From positions 1 through 62,813 of the forward strand of contig CALRHG010000001.1 in NCBI GenBank assembly GCA_943359365.1: a stretch of 62,813 nucleotides of DNA, read 5' to 3'. The notes under the pieces are model-generated. The model was given only the letters and a program-made list of their open reading frames with translations, was not told the DNA's origin and made no database searches. Shown here in pieces: positions 53,510 through 61,548 of this stretch (positions are counted from its first letter, which is position 1; the number at the start of each line of letters is the position of its first letter). Both the position numbers and the translations under genes were made by a program. Source of the DNA: Candidatus Nomurabacteria bacterium (GTDB taxonomy: Bacteria > Patescibacteriota > Minisyncoccia > Phycocordibacterales > UBA9973).

Positions 53510-53681
53510 AAACTAGCTTAAATATTAAATCTATATTAAGTTTTCCACAGGTTATACACCAAAAAGGGCTTTTCAGCTTGACTTATTTTGGGATAGGGAT
53601 TACTATAGGACTACAATATTAAATTTATATTAAAGTTTTATACAAAGGTCGATTTATTAATTTTTTAACATTTTAATTAAT

Positions 53682-53873
53682 ATGAATGAAAATCTACTAT
53701 GGAGTTTGATAATAATATTCGCTTTGCCCTTTCTTTATCTTACTTTGGGCTATGGAAATAATGTAAGGGACGTAGAGCCAAAGGTGGAGGTGAGCCAGGC
53801 GATAGATTCTAGCGCGTATCTTTATGATCCTAATAATAGGATAGTTGACAATACGGCATTAAGAGCTCATTAG
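53682..53873 (+). CDS. small membrane-anchored hypothetical protein
   Basis: 63 aa with an N-terminal hydrophobic helix (LLWSLIIIFALPFLYLTL). A promoter-like TTGACT-N17-TACTAT lies upstream. Confidence 0.4.
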   Translation: MNENLLWSLIIIFALPFLYLTLGYGNNVRDVEPKVEVSQAIDSSAYLYDPNNRIVDNTALRAH

Positions 53874-55114
53874 TTTTTTAGTCTTGGCAGCGTTACGGTG
53901 AAAGTGCTACTTTTACCAAAAACGCTCTCTGCTTCTATCGTCCCGCCGTGTATTTCGGCAGCCCATTTTGATATTGCGAGTCCCAGTCCGGAATGGTTCC
54001 CATCAGATCTGTGAGTGTGGGCCTTGTCGCCCCTGTAAAATCGATCGAATATTTTCGGCAAATCTTCTTTTGATATTCCTATGCCGTCATCAGTTATTTT
54101 TATTTTTACAGATTTTTTCTCCTGATAAAGTTCAATAGTTATATTTCCGTTCTTCTTTCCGTAGGTAATGGCGTTTTTTATAAGATTCAGGAATAATTTC
54201 TCCAGATATTTCTCTTCTCCGGCGACGAACAAATCTCTAGCTTTTTCATTCTTTAGTTTAATTTTTATGTTTTTCTCTCCCGCAATGCTTTTGAGCCTTC
54301 GAGCCAAGTCGTTCACTAGCTCCGCTATATCTATCCGCACCGGCTTTATTACATGTTCCACATTTTCGCTTGCAGCGGTCAGCAGAGCCATATCCTTCAG
54401 AATCTCTGACAAAATATTTATTTCAGTATTTACGTCTTTTAAAGTTTTTTCCGCTAATTTCAAATTTCTTTTCTCCATGAGTGCCAGGTCCACGTTGCCT
54501 TTCATGATGGCGAGCGGAGTCCGCAGCTCGTGTGTCGCGTTGGCGATGAATTCTGTTTTTAGTTTCTCTTGTGACAAAAGGATCTCCGTGGCTTTTTGTT
54601 TTTCCGCCAAGGCTAGGGACTTTTGTTCCTTTTCTATGAGCCAATTAGTATTGACGGCGCAAGACGCCATGTTTTCTATCGTTTCCGCCAAGACCAATTC
54701 TTCTTCCGTAAAATCATGCCGATTTTTATAGCACAAGACGATGCTGCCGAAGGTGTGCTCGCCGTAGCGGACGGGGATTATGATGTAACTTTTAAAATGG
54801 TTCGTGATATTTGATTCATAATTCTCATTCTTTACACTACGGTCAAACAAGATGTCTCCTCTTTTGTCTGTTGCAGAATACCCGCCCTTTTTTTGGGGCA
54901 TGAACGGATTAAAAGGAATATCCCGGCTTTGATATACGATTTCGAATTTGTTACTGCCTTTCGATTTGCCGAAAGCGAAGACGAAATCAGCATTTAAAAT
55001 CTTTACGCTTTCTTCCGCGAATTTCTTGATAATCGATGTATTGTTTTCATCCTTTAAGGCTCGCATACTGACCTCATTCAATACGGCGATTTTTTTTAAA
55101 ATTAATTTTTCCAT
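53870..55114 (-). CDS. cytoplasmic sensor histidine kinase with an N-terminal GAF-like domain
   Basis: H-box ATHELRTPLAIM, N-box LIKNAITYG, G-boxes DDGIGIS and GLGLAIS. No TM segment. Confidence 0.85.
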   Translation of the reverse strand: MEKLILKKIAVLNEVSMRALKDENNTSIIKKFAEESVKILNADFVFAFGKSKGSNKFEIVYQSRDIPFNPFMPQKKGGYSATDKRGDILFDRSVKNENYESNITNHFKSYIIIPVRYGEHTFGSIVLCYKNRHDFTEEELVLAETIENMASCAVNTNWLIEKEQKSLALAEKQKATEILLSQEKLKTEFIANATHELRTPLAIMKGNVDLALMEKRNLKLAEKTLKDVNTEINILSEILKDMALLTAASENVEHVIKPVRIDIAELVNDLARRLKSIAGEKNIKIKLKNEKARDLFVAGEEKYLEKLFLNLIKNAITYGKKNGNITIELYQEKKSVKIKITDDGIGISKEDLPKIFDRFYRGDKAHTHRSDGNHSGLGLAISKWAAEIHGGTIEAESVFGKSSTFTVTLPRLKN

Positions 55115-55677
55115 GTTCTTAAATAGCCTAAAACTTCTGGAACTTCTTTAGTTAACATGAAATTTATAATCATTTTCTTGTGCTCCTTTGGGACATTGCA
55201 CAAAAAATCATAGGATAATTTTTGAAATCCGCCGCCAGGTATTCCAATCTCTTTTTTGATTTCTTGCTCCTTGATTGGTTTTTTATATATGTATACTGAG
55301 GTGATAAAGTTGTTAATCGTGCTTCCTAGGCCGTCTCCTACGCGGTCTGAGACTTTGAATTTTTGCAGGAATATCAAGTCCGAAGGCGATACGGAAATGC
55401 CTGTTTCTTCCTTGGTTTCACGAACCGCCGCCTCCAGATACGACTCATATTTATCTACATGTCCGCCGACAGTGGCGTCTAAAAGACCGGCGGATTTTTT
55501 ATGCAGACCCATTTTTTGGAAGAAAACATTTTTATTTTCATCGAACATCCATACCTGTATTTCTCTGTGGAGCAGGCCAAGACGGTGGATTTCGACTCTG
55601 GACCTGGAGTCCACAATCTCATCATTTTCATTTACTATATCTAGAATTTTCTTTTTTTCGTAATTTAAATCGGTCAT
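55102..55677 (-). CDS. NUDIX hydrolase
   Basis: Nudix box GGHVDKYESYLEAAVRETKEETGI. It overlaps the kinase gene start by 13 nt. Confidence 0.8.
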   Translation of the reverse strand: MTDLNYEKKKILDIVNENDEIVDSRSRVEIHRLGLLHREIQVWMFDENKNVFFQKMGLHKKSAGLLDATVGGHVDKYESYLEAAVRETKEETGISVSPSDLIFLQKFKVSDRVGDGLGSTINNFITSVYIYKKPIKEQEIKKEIGIPGGGFQKLSYDFLCNVPKEHKKMIINFMLTKEVPEVLGYLRTWKN

Positions 55678-55810
55678 ATATTATTTAAGTTTTTGCTCTT
55701 TGCCTGCCCGTCCGAAGTTTCAGACGGAGGCGGGAGCTCATCAGCCAGGACGCACATCCTGGGAACTTTTGACCTACCAACCTTGATAGAATCAAGAGTT
55801 TTGTAGGTCA

Positions 55811-56500
55811 CTAAACAGCCATGGATAATTCGGACATTTCCCGTTCCGCCAAGGCTATGATTTCTTCAACACACTTTCTTGGTGTTGTGCCGTCGTTGTA
55901 CACGACGTGGTCATATTTCGTCCAGATTTCCTGTTGGTACCAGCGATTAATCTGGCGCCACTTGGCATAGAACTTTTTTCCATGCCTCCGACAGCGTTCG
56001 GCGACCCGCATCTTGATTTCAGTCAAGCCGCTCTTGATGCTGTGATGCGAGATGAAGACTAGTTTCATCTCCGGGGTATACCTTCGTATGAGGAAGGCGC
56101 TCCTTCCGAAAAAGGAGACTATCAGCTGGGTGCCCTCGGGGGGTTCCGGCCAGAAAATCTTCTTTATAATCGCCGTGAAGTGAAATTTGCCATCTTCTGA
56201 TTCCACACGGCGAATTGTCCTTTTTATAAAGAATCCCCCTTTTCTTAGTACAGCGAATTCATTTTCGCTGACGAATCTGTATTCCGGCGAGTCTTCCTCG
56301 CCGGGACGCCTCTCCCGAGTAGTGTATCTCGGGATGAAGTGAACCCTTAATCTTGATGTTAAAAGCCCTATCAGTATTTCGGTTTTTCCCACCCCTGGGA
56401 ATCCGTTGATACTGAAGTGCAAAATCTTTTTCTTTTTCACAATGTAAATGTACTCCTTGGTCGACTCGAAGAAGGGGAAGTGAGCCGATTCGCTTTGCAC
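55811..56500 (-). CDS. P-loop protein, guanylate-kinase-like
   Basis: Walker A GFPGVGKT, and IPRYTTRERRPGEEDSPEYRFVSENEF, which resembles the GK motif TTRxPRxGExxGxxYxFVS. Confidence 0.5.
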   Translation of the reverse strand: MQSESAHFPFFESTKEYIYIVKKKKILHFSINGFPGVGKTEILIGLLTSRLRVHFIPRYTTRERRPGEEDSPEYRFVSENEFAVLRKGGFFIKRTIRRVESEDGKFHFTAIIKKIFWPEPPEGTQLIVSFFGRSAFLIRRYTPEMKLVFISHHSIKSGLTEIKMRVAERCRRHGKKFYAKWRQINRWYQQEIWTKYDHVVYNDGTTPRKCVEEIIALAEREMSELSMAV

Positions 56501-56541
56501 TATATCATGAAAATTAGCTTATGGCAATAGTAAAAGGGAAA

Positions 56542-57138
56542 TTACTTATTCCCAAATTTCCCTTTAAAAATAGTCTCTTCGAGGGGTCTACGATCATTTG
56601 GCGTCTCCATTGCTCGGAGTCCTTCCGGCAAGTTTTCTACTTTGCCGGGTCTGCCGACGGCTATCATCATTTCCACGTTGTAGTCTTCGGGTACGCCAAG
56701 CAATTCCGCAGCTTTTTTGAAATCAAAGCCGGACATGCCGTGCGCCACGAGTCCAATCTTCAAAGCTTGCAGGGCAAAATTTTCCCAGGCGGCTCCCGTG
56801 TCGAAAGAGTGGGTGACGTTTGGCTTAGTTTCGCCCTTTGGGCTCACGCTGTTTTTTGCGGAAAGAGTGACGATCAAAGCTCCCGCATTCACGCACCAAG
56901 ATTTGTTGAAGTCCACAAGGCAGGAAAAAATATTTTCGAATTCCGGCGTCTCGCGCATGGCATAAACAAATCGCCAAGGCTGGATATTGTAAGCCGAAGG
57001 CGCCCATCGCGCCGCCTCAAAAAGAGTCATGAGTTCTTCCGTCGAAACTTTTTCGCCCGACATAGCCCGAGGGGAGTGCCGCTTCAAAAACATGTCATCG
57101 ATTTCGTATTTCGTTGTTCGTCCGTTTACGGTTTTCAT
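56542..57138 (-). CDS. nitroreductase family protein
   Basis: RHSPRAM..., LFEAARWAPSAYNIQPWRFVY. Confidence 0.8.
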   Translation of the reverse strand: MKTVNGRTTKYEIDDMFLKRHSPRAMSGEKVSTEELMTLFEAARWAPSAYNIQPWRFVYAMRETPEFENIFSCLVDFNKSWCVNAGALIVTLSAKNSVSPKGETKPNVTHSFDTGAAWENFALQALKIGLVAHGMSGFDFKKAAELLGVPEDYNVEMMIAVGRPGKVENLPEGLRAMETPNDRRPLEETIFKGKFGNK

Positions 57139-57146
57139 AACCTTAA

Positions 57147-59612
57147 TTATACACTATTATTTTTCAAAAACTTTTCAATTTTCTTCCCATCTCTTTTCAG
57201 CCAAGCGACATTACCTTCGAGGTGCTCAATTACTTGCTGGACCGCTCGCTTGGCTCCGGGGGCTTCGTGAGTAGTGAAGAATTTTTTATATTGTTTGAAG
57301 TGTTTTTCTTCGGCGCTACCGGCGATGGCTTTGACTAGTCTCGCGAGCGTGTGCCCGCCATCGCCATATCTCGCGACAAGGGTTTTCCAATTTTTTTGCA
57401 CAAAGGAGAGCCAGATGTCGCGGCCTAGAGGATTTGCTCCTACGGAAGAAAGTATGCCTATCGTGTCTTGCTTGCGGACATTGTGGGAAAGCGCGAATTC
57501 GCAGGTACGCTTTAATAATTCTGGACTCCGGAAATCTCCGAGCGCTACGCCGAGCCTATTTTTCTCTTCGTGTAGTTTTTCCGCTTTGTACCTCGCCATA
57601 AAGGTTCGGTATTCTTTTTCTCCGCCGTGCGTCGCCACCGTGGCATACACTGCACCCCTGATGTCCGGATTTATTTTGCCTGCTGCAAATTTTTTCTTCG
57701 CCATAGCCAAAACTTCTGCGTGTCCAGCTCGCCCGAGCTTGGAGAGGACAAGCGAACGCAGAAGGGTGTCGGAATGCAATTCGTTTCGTTTCGGGCTCCA
57801 ACCGAGTCTTGCGAAAACAGGGGAGAAGAGTTCAAGGACAAGCTCGTCTAATTCTGATTTGATTTTCTCTTTCGATAGGATTTGTTCGAGTCTTCCCAGC
57901 CCCATCGCAAGTTCTAGCCATACGCTGTAATTGTTTTCTTTTTTATATGCAGTCAAAAATTCGAGCGCGTCCGTGGTCGGGATTGTGCCCGCCTCCGCCA
58001 ATGCAAAAAGGTCTCTGATAATTCCGAGTCTGTCGCGGGCGGAAAGCGACATCTTTTCTATCGGTGTTCTTAATTTTTTGAGGAGTTCGTGAGAATAAGC
58101 AGTCCTATAAAATCCCGCTTCGCCAAAATTTACTTTATTTTTTTTGAAAGTTATTGGGATCTCCCATTTAGTTTTATCTTTTGCCGCTTTTGCCGATATC
58201 GGGCTCGCGAAGAATCTATTTTGCGAGAAATTTATTTTTCCCTTTATTAAACTCGCTTTCACGACAGGATATCCGCCTTTGCCTGTCCAGTTACGCATCA
58301 TTTTTTCTACCGGCTTTTTGGAGACTTTCTCAAACGCTTCCCAAAGGTGAAAAGTCTCGGTGTTTTTGTAACTGTGCTTTTTCAAATAGTGGCGCAAGCC
58401 GTCGCGGAAATCTTTTTCGCCCAAATAGTCCGCCAGCATGCGGATGACAGACGCGCCTTTGGAATAGGAAACTTCATCAAAAATTTCGCCGATTTCATCA
58501 GGGTGATGTACGGGGATTTCAATCGGGTGAGTATGGAGAAGGGCGTCTAAGCGCAGAGCCGTGCCGAGTTCATTTGTGGAAAACTGCGTCCAGATGTCCC
58601 ATCTTGGAAAAAGCTTGTCGACTGCGAGGTACTCTATATATGAGGCGAAGCCTTCGTTCAGCCACAGATGCGTCCACCATTCCATCGTCACTAAGTTGCC
58701 GAACCATTGGTGCGCTATCTCATGGGCGATGACCAGCGCCACCCATTGCTTGTTGCCGATCGACGAATGATCTTCGTCCACCAAGAGCGCGGACTCGCGG
58801 TAAGTGATTGCGCCCCAATTTTCCATCGCGCCAGCCGTAAAGTCCGGAATGGCGATCATATCTAAAATTGGCAGAGGGTAGGGGATGTCAAAATAATCAT
58901 CATAGAAATCCAAAGTTTTCACCGCGCAGTCGAGGGCGAATTTCGCCTGATGCTTTTTCCCCGGCGTGGTAAAGACTCTCACTTGTACGCCATGTTTCGT
59001 TTTTGATTCGATGTATTCAAAGTCTCCGATGATAAACGCGAGGAGGTAGGTGGACATTATCGGCGTGGGAGAAAATTTTACAATTTGAAATTCTGATTCA
59101 TGCTCCGCGACTGAAACCGGCAAAGTATTTGAAATAGCCGTTTTGCCCTTTGGAACAATTAGCGAGACATGAAAGACGGCTTTTTGCGCCGGCTCGTCGA
59201 AACAGGGGAAGGCTCGGCGCGCATCGGTCGCTTCGAATTGCGTGGTCGCCATGTGGTATTCTTTTTCTCCAACTGAATATTTACTTCTATAAAACCCGCG
59301 CATTTTGTCATTTAGTATTCCTTTAAAAACAAGGTTTAACCTTGTTTTGCCTTTTTGGATATTTTTTGGAAAAGCAAACGAGACAGTTTCGGATTTTTCG
59401 TTGTAAGAAACCTTACCAAACAGCTCGCCCGAGCGAACTGTTATTACTTCTATCTCTTTCGAGTGCAGAGTAAGCACTTTAGTCGGCTTCAAAATATCGA
59501 GAGTTATGGTCTCAACTCCCTCAAAAGTGAAATTATCCAAATCAGGCTTTAGCTCTATGTCATATTCTATCGGGACGACATATTTTGATAGGCGAACCCC
59601 TCTTGATTTCAT
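57147..59612 (-). CDS. pepN: M1-family aminopeptidase N
   Basis: GAMENWG exopeptidase motif, the zinc site HEIAHQWFGN-x18-LWLNEGFA, and an ERAP1-like C-terminal domain. Confidence 0.9.
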   Translation of the reverse strand: MKSRGVRLSKYVVPIEYDIELKPDLDNFTFEGVETITLDILKPTKVLTLHSKEIEVITVRSGELFGKVSYNEKSETVSFAFPKNIQKGKTRLNLVFKGILNDKMRGFYRSKYSVGEKEYHMATTQFEATDARRAFPCFDEPAQKAVFHVSLIVPKGKTAISNTLPVSVAEHESEFQIVKFSPTPIMSTYLLAFIIGDFEYIESKTKHGVQVRVFTTPGKKHQAKFALDCAVKTLDFYDDYFDIPYPLPILDMIAIPDFTAGAMENWGAITYRESALLVDEDHSSIGNKQWVALVIAHEIAHQWFGNLVTMEWWTHLWLNEGFASYIEYLAVDKLFPRWDIWTQFSTNELGTALRLDALLHTHPIEIPVHHPDEIGEIFDEVSYSKGASVIRMLADYLGEKDFRDGLRHYLKKHSYKNTETFHLWEAFEKVSKKPVEKMMRNWTGKGGYPVVKASLIKGKINFSQNRFFASPISAKAAKDKTKWEIPITFKKNKVNFGEAGFYRTAYSHELLKKLRTPIEKMSLSARDRLGIIRDLFALAEAGTIPTTDALEFLTAYKKENNYSVWLELAMGLGRLEQILSKEKIKSELDELVLELFSPVFARLGWSPKRNELHSDTLLRSLVLSKLGRAGHAEVLAMAKKKFAAGKINPDIRGAVYATVATHGGEKEYRTFMARYKAEKLHEEKNRLGVALGDFRSPELLKRTCEFALSHNVRKQDTIGILSSVGANPLGRDIWLSFVQKNWKTLVARYGDGGHTLARLVKAIAGSAEEKHFKQYKKFFTTHEAPGAKRAVQQVIEHLEGNVAWLKRDGKKIEKFLKNNSV

Positions 59613-59795
59613 ATTTTTTAGTATACCCGAACACTTAATTTATTCAAAGTTTAATGGATAGCTTTAACTTATGCTGTGTGATATAACTTTTAAAAAAGCT
59701 GCTCTTTGATTTAACTGAGTTGGAAAGATCTAACCACTTGGAACCATGGCGGTTCTAATCAAAAAGCGGCGCAACATCTGAAGAAAGAACTTACT

Positions 59796-60107
59796 ATGAA
59801 AAGTATCAGAAACATGGACGCAGTTGAAAGAGAAATTCTAATAATGCGCGGAATCCTTGTGGTTCTTGTCATTATGGGATTCACTTTCCTTCTTTCAGGA
59901 CCTTGGTGGACTGCATTAATCTTCCACGGGTTTGCGGGAGCCATCGCTGTCCTAAGTAGGTTTTTCCCTCCACAGGGAGAACACTCCGTTCGACAGGAAT
60001 CGATGACTGTCCAAGTAGCGACTCTGCTTCTAGGGCTTCTTTTTGGATTCATCTCTTTGGGGTATTTATGTCGACCCAGAGAAAAAGAAGAGATAGAAGA
60101 CGTTTAA
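59796..60107 (+). CDS. small membrane protein, unknown function
   Basis: 103 aa with three hydrophobic helices. The terminator at 60124-60155 follows. Confidence 0.5.
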   Translation: MKSIRNMDAVEREILIMRGILVVLVIMGFTFLLSGPWWTALIFHGFAGAIAVLSRFFPPQGEHSVRQESMTVQVATLLLGLLFGFISLGYLCRPREKEEIEDV

Positions 60108-60123
60108 TATCTATCTTCGACAA

Positions 60124-60155
60124 CCCCTGCTTGGCTTGCCAAGCAGGGGTTTCTT
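60124..60155 (+). terminator. intrinsic terminator
   Basis: CCCCTGCTTGG-CTTG-CCAAGCAGGGG is a perfect 11-bp stem, followed by TTTCTTCATTT. Confidence 0.8.
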
Positions 60156-60193
60156 CATTTCCAAAATCTACTACGGGGTGATAGTATATAAAG

Positions 60194-60949
60194 GTGGAAA
60201 ATAATGTTTATACTATAAAAACAACCGGTTTCGAGGGTCCGTTTGGAGTTCTTTTGGAACTGGTGGAAAAGCGCAAGCTTCATATAAATGATGTATCGCT
60301 CGCGGCGGTGACGGAAGACTATTTGAATCACATGAACAAACTCGGCGGCTTGAGCTCAGCGGAAATTGCGAGCTTTGTTCTGGTGGCTTCGACTTTGATT
60401 CTCATAAAGTCTAAATCTTTACTGCCTAATTTGAGCCTGACTTCGGAGGAAGAAGGGGATATAAAAAGCTTAGAAGAAAGATTGCGTCTATATGAATTTT
60501 TCACCAAGCTCGGAGGCAATGTGAAAAATATGTTCGGCGAAAAAATAATTTTCGCGCCACTTGAACGAAAAGCGGACACGATTGTATTTTTACCTGATGA
60601 GCAGATAACCAAAGACAGCATGATGGGTTTTGCCAAAAATGTTCTCGGCTCCATGCCCAAAAAGGTTTTCTTGCCGGAAGTCGAAGTGCGCAAGGTTATC
60701 AGCATTGAAGAAATGATAAACAACTTGACGGAGAGAATTAAAAGTTCAATCAAAATGAGCTTCAAAGATTTGCATGGCAAAATAGTCACTCGCGAAGAAA
60801 AAGTAACAGCGATAGTCGGATTTTTGGCGTTGCTGGAGCTTGTCAGACAGGGAGTTCTCGACGCTGTGCAGGAGATTGACGGGGGAGACATTATTATGGA
60901 AAAACAACAGCTTCCAGCGGTTGAACCGCTGGAAGCGACAAAAGTATGA
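60194..60949 (+). CDS. scpA: segregation and condensation protein A
   Basis: FEGPFGVLLELVEKRKLHINDVSLAAVTEDYL; GTG start. Confidence 0.85.
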   Translation: MENNVYTIKTTGFEGPFGVLLELVEKRKLHINDVSLAAVTEDYLNHMNKLGGLSSAEIASFVLVASTLILIKSKSLLPNLSLTSEEEGDIKSLEERLRLYEFFTKLGGNVKNMFGEKIIFAPLERKADTIVFLPDEQITKDSMMGFAKNVLGSMPKKVFLPEVEVRKVISIEEMINNLTERIKSSIKMSFKDLHGKIVTREEKVTAIVGFLALLELVRQGVLDAVQEIDGGDIIMEKQQLPAVEPLEATKV

Positions 60950-61497
60950 ATTTAGAATCAAAAATAGAAGCAATATTATTTTGGAAAGGAGAGCCGATGT
61001 CGCGAAAAAAACTGGCGGAAGTTTTGAAGGCGGGGGAGGAGGAAATAAATTCTGGACTGGAAAAATTAAAAGAAAATTTGAAAAGCAGGGGAATAGTGCT
61101 GATGGAAAAAGGCACAGATATAATGCTTGGCACAGCGCCAGAGCTTTCGGAATTGATTGAGAATTTACAAAAAGAAGAACTAAATAAAGAACTTTCCAAG
61201 GCAAGTCTTGAGACATTGTCCATTGTGCTGTACAAAAACGGAGCAAGCAGGGGAGAGATAGACTATATAAGAGGTGTAAATTCAAGCTTCACCTTAAGGG
61301 CGCTATCCATCCGCGGGCTGGTGGAAAAAATTACGGATCCAAAAGACAACAGGCGATATATCTACAAGCCAAGCTTTGAACTTTTATCTTACATGGGCGT
61401 AAAATCGATAGAAGAATTACCGGACTATAGCGAAGTCAGTAATTCAATAAATATCGCGGCGAAGAATTTAGAGGAGGAAAGCAAAGAGGAAAATTAA
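60946..61497 (+). CDS. scpB: segregation and condensation protein B
   Basis: IEAILFWKGEPMSRKKLAEVL and tandem winged helices. It overlaps scpA by 4 nt. Confidence 0.85.
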   Translation: MNLESKIEAILFWKGEPMSRKKLAEVLKAGEEEINSGLEKLKENLKSRGIVLMEKGTDIMLGTAPELSELIENLQKEELNKELSKASLETLSIVLYKNGASRGEIDYIRGVNSSFTLRALSIRGLVEKITDPKDNRRYIYKPSFELLSYMGVKSIEELPDYSEVSNSINIAAKNLEEESKEEN

Positions 61498-61512
61498 TTA
61501 TTTTAGTGACGC

Positions 61513-61540
61513 ATTCTACAATTCTATAGAATTATAGAAT
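61513..61540 (+). promoter_or_regulatory. 28-bp four-hexamer palindrome, copy 4
   Basis: ATTCTA-CA-ATTCTATAGAAT-TA-TAGAAT. The TAGAAT at 61535-61540 ends 8 nt before ATG 61549. Confidence 0.6.
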
Positions 61541-61548
61541 AGAAAAAT

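Noticed and set aside
56521-57270. 249-aa plus-strand ORF
   Set aside because: It is antisense to the nitroreductase gene and to the pepN 3' end, and it has no motifs.
59730-59790. tRNA-like T-arm string GGCGGTTCTAATC
   Set aside because: No acceptor stem, D-arm or anticodon arm can be drawn around it.
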